A DNA stretch of 60,159 nucleotides, counting the filler. It is 4 parts of 4 records of this genome, joined end to end, with 100 filler letters (N's around TTAATTAATTAA, not from the genome) between each part and the next. Parts side by side here need not be neighbours in the genome. Positions count along the whole stretch, not along the records: positions 26,094 to 36,185 come from DRR723986_5890; positions 36,286 to 60,159 come from DRR723986_5893; 2 more parts are not named here. One strand, 5' to 3'. Below are positions 26,998 to 36,286 of the stretch, piece by piece. Numbering within the stretch: position 1 is the first letter of the stretch; each line of letters begins with the position of its first letter. The position numbers and the translations under genes were made by a program. The notes under the pieces are model-generated. The model was given only the letters and a program-made list of their open reading frames with translations, ran no database searches and had not been told where the DNA came from.

Positions 26998-27654
26998 TTA
27001 GTTTGTCGGGCGGATGATGATCTCGACCCGGCGGTTCTGCTGACGGCCTTCCGGCGTCAGGTTCGTGGCGACCGGCTCATTTTCACCGCGGCCAAAGCTG
27101 CGCACGCGGGCGGGATCGACGCCCTGTTCCAGAAGCACCCCCGCAACAGCGCTGGCGCGGCGGGCCGACAGATCCTGGTTGTAGTCGGCAGACCCGGTGT
27201 TGTCGGTATGGCCGATCACGTCCACGGTCGAGGCCGGGTATTGTTGCAGGTTGCGGGCCATGGCCCGCAGGTCGGCCTGCAACCCGGCGCGGATCGCGGC
27301 ACTGTCGGTGTCGAACAGAATGCCGTCAGGCATGGTGACCATCAGGTGATCGCCACGGTTGTCGATCACGATGCTTTCATTAGCCATCGAGGCGCGCAGA
27401 TCGGCGGCCTGCTGATCCAGCGAATGACCGATTGCCCCGCCAACAAGGGCCCCTGCGGCGGCCCCGAGCACCGCATTGCGGCCCCGGTTGTCATCGTCGG
27501 CGGTGGCGCCGAGGAACGCCCCGAGCATGCCGCCGATAACCGCCCCGTCGCGGGTCCGGTTCTGGTTGGGATCCTGAAGATAGGCCGGTTCACAGGCGGC
27601 AAGGCCCATGGCGGATATCAGGCTGAGAGAGATAATGCGGAGGGGGGTGTTCAT
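26998..27654 (-). CDS. OmpA-family lipoprotein (YiaD-like, glycine zipper + OmpA_C)
   Basis: Lipobox LAAC, glycine-zipper GAVIGG, GHTDNTG, NQDLSARRA, NRRVEI. Confidence 0.93.
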   Translation of the reverse strand: MNTPLRIISLSLISAMGLAACEPAYLQDPNQNRTRDGAVIGGMLGAFLGATADDDNRGRNAVLGAAAGALVGGAIGHSLDQQAADLRASMANESIVIDNRGDHLMVTMPDGILFDTDSAAIRAGLQADLRAMARNLQQYPASTVDVIGHTDNTGSADYNQDLSARRASAVAGVLLEQGVDPARVRSFGRGENEPVATNLTPEGRQQNRRVEIIIRPTN

Positions 27655-27877
27655 TTGGCTGCCTTTCCCAATAGTCCTGGACCCGGTCTGATGCGGGTTT
27701 TTCCGCGCGACTATAGCAGCGGTTTAATTCCGTGGCAGCGATAAACTGCCCTATGGCGGAAACCCGCGCAGCATTCGCACCCGGAATTGGCAGCATTTGC
27801 ACCGCGACTGGCGTCAATCGCCGGTTGCATTCGTGCGGGGCTGCCCTACGGTCGAGGTTCCGAAAACGGGGATCGTC

Positions 27878-29743
27878 ATGACTGATTTTCTGCTGCTGGC
27901 CTTCATTTTTCTCATCGCGGGAGTGATCGCTGTACCCATCGCCTCGCGGCTCGGGCTTGGATCGGTTCTGGGCTATCTGATCGCGGGCATCGTCATCAGC
28001 CCGGTGCTGAGCCTGCTGCATGTGGATGTGATCTCGATCCAGCATTTCGCGGAATTCGGCGTCGTGATGATGTTGTTTCTGGTGGGGCTGGAACTGGAGC
28101 CGAAGACTCTCTGGTCCATGCGCGCCCAGCTTCTCGGACTTGGCGGCGGGCAGGTCGGTCTCACGACGGCGGCGGTGATGGGGGTGGCGCTGCTCGTTGG
28201 CCAGCCATGGACCGTTGCACTGGCCATCGGTCTGGTCTTCGCGTTGTCCTCTACCGCCATTGTCCTTCAAACGTTGAACGAAAAGGGGCTGATGCGGTCT
28301 GATGGCGGGCAGTCTTCCTTTGCGGTGCTGCTGACGCAGGATATCGCCGTCATCCCGATGCTGGCCTTCATCCCGCTGCTGGCGATGCCGGAACTGGTCG
28401 AGGCGCTCAGCCACGGTGCGGGCCACGGGGCAGAGGATGGCCACGGACCGGGGCTAAGCCTTGTTGATGGGCTGAGCGGCTGGCAGACGGCGCTGGTCAC
28501 ACTGGGTGCCATCGGGGTCGTGGTGGTGGGCGGCAACTACCTGACCACGCCGATCTTTCGCTTCATCTCGGTCGCCAATCTGCGCGAACTGTTCACGGCA
28601 ACCGCGCTTATGATGGTGGTGGGCATTGCACTGCTGATGTCGCTGGTCGGGCTGTCCCCCGCGCTTGGCACCTTTCTGGCCGGGGTGGTGCTGGCCAATT
28701 CGCCGTACCGGCACGAACTGGAAAGCGATATCGACCCGTTCCGGGGCCTGCTGCTTGGCCTGTTTTTCATGACCGTGGGGGCAGGGGTCAATTTTGCCCT
28801 TCTGGCCGAAAACCTTGGACCCACGATCGCGATGACGCTTGGGTTGATGGGGCTGAAAGTGGCGGTGTTGCTGGTACTGGCGATGCTGTTCAGGATCCGG
28901 GGGGCCGACAAGTGGCTTTTCGCGCTTGGCCTTGCGCAGGCGGGGGAGTTCGGCTTTGTTCTGCTGTCCTTCACCGTGGCGAATGCCGTCATTCCCGAGC
29001 CGCTGGCCGATCAGTTGTTGCTGGTGGTGGCCCTGTCCATGCTGCTGACCCCGGCGCTGTTCATCCTCTATGACAAGGTCATCCGCCCCCGCTACTCGCA
29101 GGAAACAGAGCGCGAAGCCGACGAGATGCCCGAAGGGGCCAATGTGATCATCGCGGGCGCGGGTCGTATCGGCGGGCTGGTGGACCGGATCGCGCGGGCG
29201 GCGGGCTATCAGACAACGGTGATCGACTATTCCTCGCGCAGGCTCGATATCATGGCCCGCTTCGGTGCCCGCCTGTACTACGGCGATGCGACGCGGCCCG
29301 ATCTTCTGCACGCGGCGGGCATTGCCGAGGCCAAGGTGCTGGTGGTGGCCATTGATGACCGCGAGGGGATCACCCAGATCGTGCATCACGTGACCTCGAC
29401 CTATCCCAATGTCCACGTAATCGCGCGGGCCACGGACCGGGACCATGTCTATGACCTCTGGCAGCATGGCTGCCGCGATATCATCCGCGAAACCTATGAC
29501 AGCAGCCTGCGCATGGGGCGGTCGATGATCGAGGCCTTCGGGACCGACCGCGACCGGTCCGAGGCGATGATCGCAGCCTTCAATGCGCAGGACCGAGAGG
29601 CGATGCTGAAGGTGGCCGATGTCCACCGGCTGGACGTGCCCCCGCACGAGAATGAGGAATACATCGCCCGTGTGGCCGAGTTCCGGGAGGAATTCGAGCA
29701 GGCGCTGAAGACCGAAATGGCCCGGATCAGAGAGAGCGGATAG
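27878..29743 (+). CDS. CPA2 monovalent cation:proton antiporter, KefB/KefC-like with KTN (TrkA-N) domain
   Basis: GLGSVLGYL, LSSTAIV, QDIAVIP, GEFGFVL, KTN IIAGAGRIG and YYGDATRPDLL motifs. Confidence 0.92.
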   Translation: MTDFLLLAFIFLIAGVIAVPIASRLGLGSVLGYLIAGIVISPVLSLLHVDVISIQHFAEFGVVMMLFLVGLELEPKTLWSMRAQLLGLGGGQVGLTTAAVMGVALLVGQPWTVALAIGLVFALSSTAIVLQTLNEKGLMRSDGGQSSFAVLLTQDIAVIPMLAFIPLLAMPELVEALSHGAGHGAEDGHGPGLSLVDGLSGWQTALVTLGAIGVVVVGGNYLTTPIFRFISVANLRELFTATALMMVVGIALLMSLVGLSPALGTFLAGVVLANSPYRHELESDIDPFRGLLLGLFFMTVGAGVNFALLAENLGPTIAMTLGLMGLKVAVLLVLAMLFRIRGADKWLFALGLAQAGEFGFVLLSFTVANAVIPEPLADQLLLVVALSMLLTPALFILYDKVIRPRYSQETEREADEMPEGANVIIAGAGRIGGLVDRIARAAGYQTTVIDYSSRRLDIMARFGARLYYGDATRPDLLHAAGIAEAKVLVVAIDDREGITQIVHHVTSTYPNVHVIARATDRDHVYDLWQHGCRDIIRETYDSSLRMGRSMIEAFGTDRDRSEAMIAAFNAQDREAMLKVADVHRLDVPPHENEEYIARVAEFREEFEQALKTEMARIRESG

Positions 29744-29801
29744 CCTAAGTGGGTTTCATATTGAGAGGTTCGCGCTATGGTTGTGTTCGGGAGGACAATC
29801 C

Positions 29802-30584
29802 ATGCTCAGCTTCGATTCCGAGACAGCCAAGGTTCTTGAAACCGCCTATCAGGGCGCTGACGTTACCAGACGGCGCGGGGCCGTTTTCGACGACCTCGCG
29901 CCGGTTGGTGGGGACCACGTGCTCGATGTGGGGTGTGGAAATGGGCTTCTGACACAGGAACTGGCGCGGGCTGTCGGCCCGGAGGGGCATGTGACGGGGC
30001 TGGACCCGAGCGAAGATATGCGCGCCCTTGCGCTCAGCCGCTGTTCCGATCACCAGAACGTCACGATCCGGGATGGTGCTGCGGAAAGCCTGCCCTTCGA
30101 GGATGCCAGCATCGACAAGGCTGTGTCGGTTCAGGTCTTCGAATATCTCAGCGATCTGCCCGGCGTATCTGCCGAGGTGCTTCGCGTGCTGCGCCCCGGC
30201 GGGCGGCTGGTGGTTGGCGACGCGCATTGGGACATGCTGGCCTGGTACAGCGACCAGCCCGAACGCATGGCGCGCATGCAACAGATCTGGGACCGCCATC
30301 TGGCGGATCGGATCGTTCCGGCGCGGCTGCCTTCGATCCTGGCGGGTGTCGGGTACAAGGTCGAGTCGGTGCGCCCGATCACCTTCACGGATACAACCCT
30401 GCGCCCCGACGGGCTGGCGAACATGTTGATCATCCTGATGACGAATTACGCGATCCAGACAGAGCCCGGTGCCGAAGACATGGCCAAAGCCTGGGCGGAA
30501 GAGCAACGTAATTTGGCCGCCGAGGGCCGGTTCTTCTTTGCCGTGACCATGTTCTCGATCGCCGCCCGCAAGCCCGGCGTCTAG
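29802..30584 (+). CDS. Class I SAM-dependent methyltransferase (UbiE/ArsM-like Methyltransf_11/31)
   Basis: VLDVGCGNG, LPFEDASID and RVLRPGG motifs. RBS GGAGG. Confidence 0.88.
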   Translation: MLSFDSETAKVLETAYQGADVTRRRGAVFDDLAPVGGDHVLDVGCGNGLLTQELARAVGPEGHVTGLDPSEDMRALALSRCSDHQNVTIRDGAAESLPFEDASIDKAVSVQVFEYLSDLPGVSAEVLRVLRPGGRLVVGDAHWDMLAWYSDQPERMARMQQIWDRHLADRIVPARLPSILAGVGYKVESVRPITFTDTTLRPDGLANMLIILMTNYAIQTEPGAEDMAKAWAEEQRNLAAEGRFFFAVTMFSIAARKPGV

Positions 30585-31426
30585 GCGCTTTCACGCGCGT
30601 CCTCTTCCGCCGCTTCCCATGCCAGCATGGCGCGTTTGACCGGCAATCCCCAGTGATAGCCGCCAAGCCCGCCCGATTTGCGCAGGGCCCGGTGGCATGG
30701 GATCAACCAGCTGATCGGGTTACGCCCCACGGCGGTGCCCACGGCGCGCACGGCCTTGGGGTTGCCGACAGCGCCAGCGATTTCGGAATAGGTGGTGACA
30801 TGGCCGGTGGGAATGCGCAGCAGTGCCTCCCACACCTTGATCTGGAAGGGGGCCCCGATGAGATAGAGCCGCGCCTCGCCCCCTGCCGCGCCAAAGGCGG
30901 CATCGGCCCAGGGTTTCAGCGCCATCGGGTCTTCGGTGAAGCGCGCATTCGGCCAGCGGGCCAGCATATCCTCCATCGCGGCCTCGGGGCCTGTCTCTGC
31001 GGCGAAGGCGATGCCGCAGATGCCTTTCTCCGTGCCCATGATCAGGGTTGGGCCAAAGGGGCTTTCGTACCAGCCCCAGAAGATTTCCAGCCCTTCGCCG
31101 CCGCGCGCGTAGTCTCCGGGGCTCATCGCTTCCCACGTGACGAACAGGTCGTGCAACCGGCCCGAGCCGGACAGGCCGACCTCATCCGCCGTGGCCAGCG
31201 TGGTGAACCGGTCGCGCAACAGGTGCTTGGCATGATCGAGCGTCAGGTATTGCTGATAGCGCTTGGGACTGACGCCCACCCACCTCGAAAACACCCGTTG
31301 CAGATGCGCGGGGCTCATCCCCAAGGCCCGCGCCAGATCGTCCAGCGAGGGACCAGGGGCAGGGGCTGCGTCGATCACATCCAGCGCGCGGCGGATCACG
31401 TTGAAATGGTAGGCGGTGTCGGTCAT
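30581..31426 (-). CDS. ada: AraC-HTH / methylated-DNA-protein-cysteine methyltransferase (Ada/Ogt-type)
   Basis: HTH SLDDLARALGMSPAHLQRVF and active-site IPCHR. No N-terminal zinc domain. Confidence 0.9.
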   Translation of the reverse strand: MTDTAYHFNVIRRALDVIDAAPAPGPSLDDLARALGMSPAHLQRVFSRWVGVSPKRYQQYLTLDHAKHLLRDRFTTLATADEVGLSGSGRLHDLFVTWEAMSPGDYARGGEGLEIFWGWYESPFGPTLIMGTEKGICGIAFAAETGPEAAMEDMLARWPNARFTEDPMALKPWADAAFGAAGGEARLYLIGAPFQIKVWEALLRIPTGHVTTYSEIAGAVGNPKAVRAVGTAVGRNPISWLIPCHRALRKSGGLGGYHWGLPVKRAMLAWEAAEEDARESA

Positions 31427-31576
31427 GGCGTCTGTCTCCTGCCCTTGGGTCTACAGCCCCCGCCACCGCCCCGCGACCCGTTTCCTGCGCATCTTGTGCG
31501 TTTTGCCCGATGCCCCGGCGCATTGAAGCGCGACAGGCGGGATGCGACTTGCTAGCATCGGTCCGGATTACATTTG

Positions 31577-32392
31577 ATGGATTTGTCCATGATCGAAGAA
31601 TATTTCGGATCACCTCCTCAGCAGGGATTGCAACGGCGGGCTGCCGCGATGTGGGCGCTTTTGCAGGACGATCCCGCCTATTGCTGCCATGGTCGCGCTG
31701 TAAGCGTGACCGATCCGTCGCCGGAAACGATAGCGCAGCAGATCGCGTTGGCGCGCCTTCAGGGGGTGGCGGCCTGCGAAGGTATTTCGACCAAAGACGC
31801 CCCCGCGCGCCGGGCCGCATTGGAGGCGGCGGGGCTTGCGATTGATGAATATGTTGGTTGGGTAGGTGGTGCAAAGGCCATTCAGGCGGCGCGCGACGTG
31901 CTGGACAGCCGGTCTCTGCCTGCGGGCCTGACCATCGGGCAGGTCGATGCGCAGACACCCACCGAGGTGCTGGATCAACTGGATAGGGTGACGGCGTCCT
32001 GCGAGGTGCTGCTGCCCATGGGGCAGTTTTTGCGCGGTGTCGCCCGCCCGGCGGTCTGCGTCTATGCGCAGACGGCCGACGGACAGGTTGTCGCCGCCTC
32101 CGCAGCCGTGGCGCAGTTCCACCCCGCCAGCAGCCGTGGAGGCGATTTCTGGTGGGGCATGCTGGCGACGGATGAACGTTGTCGCGGTCAGGGGCTCGCG
32201 ATCCTGCTTGGGGCAGAGTCGATGCTGCGTATGGTCGAAAGCCATGGCATGACCGGGCTTTTCACCGGGATACGGGCCGGGAATGCCCCGTCCGAACGTC
32301 TTTGCACCAAGCTCGGCCTCGAAGCTTCCGACCGGATCATCCTGATCTCGATCGCGCCCGAGGTTTTTGCCCAAGCCAGCGTCACCAAGTGA
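31577..32392 (+). CDS. GNAT family N-acetyltransferase-like protein
   Basis: C-terminal motif A (LATDERCRGQGLA) and GNAPSERLCTKLG. Confidence 0.75.
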   Translation: MDLSMIEEYFGSPPQQGLQRRAAAMWALLQDDPAYCCHGRAVSVTDPSPETIAQQIALARLQGVAACEGISTKDAPARRAALEAAGLAIDEYVGWVGGAKAIQAARDVLDSRSLPAGLTIGQVDAQTPTEVLDQLDRVTASCEVLLPMGQFLRGVARPAVCVYAQTADGQVVAASAAVAQFHPASSRGGDFWWGMLATDERCRGQGLAILLGAESMLRMVESHGMTGLFTGIRAGNAPSERLCTKLGLEASDRIILISIAPEVFAQASVTK

Positions 32393-32425
32393 CGCCCCGG
32401 AACTGAAAAAGAGAGGACGCCAGCC

Positions 32426-32878
32426 ATGATCCGACCCCACTTCGCCGCCGCCTGCTGCGCTGTGGCCATGCTGACCGGATTTGCTATGTCAGCCTCTGCC
32501 TGCGTGATCCCCTTGCCTGAGTGCTCGCTGGATGGCGGGGGCATCGCATTGCTGAACGGGGACAACGCGGGAGCCGTGCATTTCACCGAACAGCGCATCG
32601 TCGACGGGCGAACCGAGGCGCGGTCGGTACTTGTCGAATGCACCAGCCGTCAGGCTATTGCCATCGAAGAGCCCGAGAGTTGGGACGATCCATACTACGA
32701 TGCCTATGACCTGATGAGCGATGCACTGTATTCCGAACAGGCCGTGACCTTGCGCGCGTTAACGTGGGACATTCGCGCTTTGGGGGTCGAGGTGGAAAGG
32801 ATCACCCTGCCCGACGGTCATTGCGGTTGTGATCTGCCGAATATGCCGCCACCTGAATACTACTGCCCAGAGTTCTGA
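32426..32878 (+). CDS. Secreted cysteine-containing hypothetical protein
   Basis: Signal peptide ending ASA. Six Cys in the mature part, including HCGC. RBS GAGG. Confidence 0.6.
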   Translation: MIRPHFAAACCAVAMLTGFAMSASACVIPLPECSLDGGGIALLNGDNAGAVHFTEQRIVDGRTEARSVLVECTSRQAIAIEEPESWDDPYYDAYDLMSDALYSEQAVTLRALTWDIRALGVEVERITLPDGHCGCDLPNMPPPEYYCPEF

Positions 32879-32947
32879 GCCTTGGCGTTGATCTTTCCCG
32901 CCAGTCTCTTTAGGGCGGGGTAACCCGTCACAGCACCCGCCCGTATC

Positions 32948-33592
32948 ATGGCCAAACAACTGCCCTATTCCACGATCCGAGAGATCTTCACCCGGTTTCA
33001 GGCTACCGAGCCGGAACCGAAGGGGGAATTGAACCACACCAATGCCTACACGCTGGTGGTGGCGGTTGCGCTGTCGGCGCAGGCGACGGATGTGGGGGTG
33101 AACAAGGCCACCGCGAAGCTGTTCGAGATCGCGGATACGCCGCAAAAGATGCTGGATCTGGGTGAAGCGGCGTTGATCGAGCATATCAAGACCATCGGCC
33201 TTTATCGCAACAAGGCCAAGAACGTGATGAAGCTGAGTCGCATTCTGGTCGAGGAGTATGGCGGCGAGGTGCCCTCCTCTCGGGCGGCCCTGCAATCCTT
33301 GCCCGGCGTGGGCCGCAAGACCGCCAACGTGGTTCTGAACATGTGGTGGCACTATCCCGCGCAGGCCGTTGACACCCATATCTTCCGCATCGGCAACCGG
33401 ACCGGCATCTGCCCCGGCAAGGATGTGGACGCGGTGGAACGTGCCATCGAAGACAATATTCCGGCCGAGTTCCAGCAGCATGCCCATCACTGGCTGATCC
33501 TGCATGGCCGCTACAAATGCAAAGCCCGCAAGCCCGGCTGCGCAACCTGCCTGATCAAAGATCTCTGCGCCTACGAGGACAAAACCGAATGA
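32948..33592 (+). CDS. nth: Endonuclease III
   Basis: LSAQATD, HhH LPGVGRKTANVV, AVDTH and the 4Fe-4S motif C-x6-C-x2-C-x5-C. Confidence 0.97.
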   Translation: MAKQLPYSTIREIFTRFQATEPEPKGELNHTNAYTLVVAVALSAQATDVGVNKATAKLFEIADTPQKMLDLGEAALIEHIKTIGLYRNKAKNVMKLSRILVEEYGGEVPSSRAALQSLPGVGRKTANVVLNMWWHYPAQAVDTHIFRIGNRTGICPGKDVDAVERAIEDNIPAEFQQHAHHWLILHGRYKCKARKPGCATCLIKDLCAYEDKTE

Positions 33593-34581
33593 GCAAAACC
33601 TACGACGTTGTCGGCATCGGAAACGCGATTGTCGACGTGATTTCCCACGGCACGGACGATTTCCTGGCCAATATGGGCATCACCAAGGGCATCATGCAGC
33701 TGGTGGAGCGCGAACGCGCGGAACTGCTCTATGCCGCGATGAACGACCGGGTGCAGGCCCCCGGCGGCTCGGTCGGCAATACTCTGGCGGGGATTGGCAC
33801 GCTTGGTCTTGCAACGGCCTTTGTGGGCCGGGTGAAGAACGACCCCCTTGGCCGGTTTTACGCACAACGGATGGCCGAGGAAGGCACGGAATTCCCCAAT
33901 CCGCCAACAGCGGACGATCCGCAGCCGACCTCCCGTTCGATGATCTTCGTCAGCCCCGATGGTGAACGCTCGATGAACACCTATCTGGGCGCGGGGGCCG
34001 AGTTTTCCTCGGATGACGTGGACCCGGAAGTGATGGAAAACGCGCGCTACCTGTTTCTGGAAGGGTATCTCTTCGACAAGGACAAGGGAAAGACCGCCTT
34101 CCGCGCCGCTGCCGCAGCGTGCCGCCATGCGGGCGGGCAGGCCGGACTGACCCTGTCCGACCCGTTCTGCGTCGACCGGCACCGCGACAGCTTCCGCCAG
34201 TTGATCGAGGACGAGATGGATTTCGTCATCGGCAACGAGGAAGAGTGGCTGTCGCTCTATGAGACTCGCGATCTGGCTACGGCGCTGCAAGAGGCTGCCA
34301 TGGTCTGCCCGATTGTCGTCTGCACCCGGTCGGGCCATCCGGTTGTGATCCGTGCCGACGATCAGGAAATTCACGTGCCGGTCACAGAGGTGACCCCGGT
34401 CGATGCGACCGGTGCGGGTGACCAGTTCGCGGCGGGCTTCATCTATGGCCTGGCCACCGGGCTTGACCTGAAGACCTGCGGTCAGATGGGCGTGGCCGCC
34501 GCAGCCGAGGTGATCGGCCATATCGGACCCCGTCCGAAACGGCCGCTGAAGGCAGTGTTTGCAGAGGCCGGGCTGATCTAG
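33589..34581 (+). CDS. PfkB family kinase (adenosine kinase-like)
   Basis: GIGNAIVD, GGSVGNT, GERSMNTYLG and DATGAGDQF motifs. ATGA overlap with nth. Confidence 0.92.
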   Translation: MSKTYDVVGIGNAIVDVISHGTDDFLANMGITKGIMQLVERERAELLYAAMNDRVQAPGGSVGNTLAGIGTLGLATAFVGRVKNDPLGRFYAQRMAEEGTEFPNPPTADDPQPTSRSMIFVSPDGERSMNTYLGAGAEFSSDDVDPEVMENARYLFLEGYLFDKDKGKTAFRAAAAACRHAGGQAGLTLSDPFCVDRHRDSFRQLIEDEMDFVIGNEEEWLSLYETRDLATALQEAAMVCPIVVCTRSGHPVVIRADDQEIHVPVTEVTPVDATGAGDQFAAGFIYGLATGLDLKTCGQMGVAAAAEVIGHIGPRPKRPLKAVFAEAGLI

Positions 34582-34587
34582 GCGTTT

Positions 34588-34631
34588 CCCCTGCGTCGAC
34601 GCAGGGGGTTTGCGGCGCGTCGACGCGCCGC
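34588..34631. repeat. Twin perfect palindromes centred on GTCGAC (REP-like element, copy 2)
   Basis: CCCCTGCGTCGACGCAGGGG (34588-34607) and GCGGCGCGTCGACGCGCCGC (34612-34631), between convergent genes. Confidence 0.85.
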
Positions 34632-35051
34632 CTACGCGCCCGTGTCCACCACTTCGAAATCATGGGTGATCTCTGCGGTCTTGGCCATCATGGCCGAGGC
34701 CGAACAGTATTTTTCCACCGACAACTGAATGGCGCGATCTACCTTGACCGGGTTCACGCCGCGCCCCTTGACGATGAAATGCATGTGGATCCGGGTGAAG
34801 ACGGCGGGCGTTCCTTCGGCCCGGTCGGAATCAAGCTCCACCACCACATCTTCAATGGGCTCGCGCCCCTTTTCGAGGATCGACACCACGTCATAGGCCG
34901 AACAGCCGCCGGTGCCGATCAGGACCAGTTCCATCGGGCTGGGGCCGGGGGTGGTGCCGTCCTCTTCCTTTGTGCCGAAGACGAAGTTATGGCCGGTGCC
35001 GGATTTGCCGATGAAGGTCCGGTTCTCGGCCCATGTGACGCGCGCTTTCAT
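34632..35051 (-). CDS. OsmC family protein (YhfA-like)
   Basis: GPSPMELVL..GGCS and EKYCSAS motifs. Confidence 0.92.
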   Translation of the reverse strand: MKARVTWAENRTFIGKSGTGHNFVFGTKEEDGTTPGPSPMELVLIGTGGCSAYDVVSILEKGREPIEDVVVELDSDRAEGTPAVFTRIHMHFIVKGRGVNPVKVDRAIQLSVEKYCSASAMMAKTAEITHDFEVVDTGA

Positions 35052-35118
35052 TGTGCTGCTCCGCTAGAGAGATTTGCCGCCTCTTAGCGCAGCAGGGCTT
35101 GGGGGCCAAGCGGGCAGG

Positions 35119-35829
35119 TCATCCCTGCGGAAGAACCACCCAAAGCTGCACCCGACCCAGACCGTCCTCGATCTCACAATTTAGCTGCACAAGGGCGGGG
35201 TCGGTGTCGGCATGGCGCAGCACCAAGTTGTTGCTGACATCGCAATCGCGCAGGATGTCGATTGCGGCAGGATCGAACGGGTGCGGGCCGATGCTGCCGC
35301 CACCGACCGTATGGGGTGGCAGAACCTGAAGGCTGGCGGTCAGGCTGTCCTGTATCCGTGCGGTCAGGTCGGGCAGGGGCGTGAAATAGCGTGCGGGCCC
35401 GGAAAGTCCGAACCCGTTCAGCTCCAAACCCTCGGGTGTCAGGGACACGGCAGAGGGATCGCCATAGCGTGGGGCGTTCAGCGGCCATGCGTCGAAATCC
35501 TGAAACAGGTCGTAGGGATTGGCCGCAGAGGTCAGCGGCAACACCTCGGCCCTGGGCACCGCGTCGGGGCCATGATCGACCACGCGCGCAACCCCGCGAA
35601 ACCCGCGATCATCGCCGCCAGCAAGATTTCGGGAAATCAGCAGCGTGTCGGTCTGGGTCACCCCGTGCAGGCCGTGATTGTCCAGCGTTTCGCGGATCAG
35701 GAACAGCGTATCGGCGTTGCGTGCAAACAGACGATCGCGAATGTCGATGGTGCGCGGCGGCGTTGCCATGACCGGCAGCGCCACGAGGCACAGGCCCGCC
35801 AGAAGCGCCCTAGTCGCCCAGTTTCGCAT
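35119..35829 (-). CDS. Secreted hypothetical protein
   Basis: Signal peptide MRNWATRALLAGLCLVALPVMA. Overlaps the end of the upstream gene. Confidence 0.6.
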   Translation of the reverse strand: MRNWATRALLAGLCLVALPVMATPPRTIDIRDRLFARNADTLFLIRETLDNHGLHGVTQTDTLLISRNLAGGDDRGFRGVARVVDHGPDAVPRAEVLPLTSAANPYDLFQDFDAWPLNAPRYGDPSAVSLTPEGLELNGFGLSGPARYFTPLPDLTARIQDSLTASLQVLPPHTVGGGSIGPHPFDPAAIDILRDCDVSNNLVLRHADTDPALVQLNCEIEDGLGRVQLWVVLPQG

Positions 35830-36184
35830 GAACCTCGTCCAGGTCAATCTCACCTATCGGCATCTTGTTCCCCGGATTCTCGAAGTCGTATTTGAACAGC
35901 TGGAAATCCTTTTTGTAGATCTCGTAGACCAGATGCTTGGACAGGTCGTCGAAATAGTCCTCGACTGGATGCGCTCGTTTTGGCCCATGCCCTTCGGATT
36001 CGTTGAAGCGCGGAATTGCCGCCAGATCGAGCGCGTGTTTGGTCTCGATTCTGTCCAGCACCTGCTGCATCCCGTCGTTGAAGCTTTCGGTCCAGAAGAT
36101 CTTGTCGTAGCGCCCGCCATTCACGATGAAGGTCGAGATATGGCCGGACATGGCCGACCAGTGAATGTCCGGGTCCATCGGGCG
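35810..36184 (-). CDS. Sulfotransferase family 2-like protein, C-terminal part (5'-truncated)
   Basis: DIHWSAMS and IYKKDFQLFKY motifs typical of Sulfotransfer_2 C-termini. The ORF is open into the linker. Confidence 0.7.
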   Translation of the reverse strand, partial: RPMDPDIHWSAMSGHISTFIVNGGRYDKIFWTESFNDGMQQVLDRIETKHALDLAAIPRFNESEGHGPKRAHPVEDYFDDLSKHLVYEIYKKDFQLFKYDFENPGNKMPIGEIDLDEVHAKLGD

Positions 36185-36185
36185 G

Positions 36186-36285
36186 NNNNNNNNNNNNNNN
36201 NNNNNNNNNNNNNNNNNNNNNNNNNNNNNTTAATTAATTAANNNNNNNNNNNNNNNNNNNNNNNNNNNNNNNNNNNNNNNNNNNN
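36186..36285. other. Artificial contig linker
   Basis: N44-TTAATTAATTAA-N44. Confidence 0.97.
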
Positions 36286-36286
36286 C

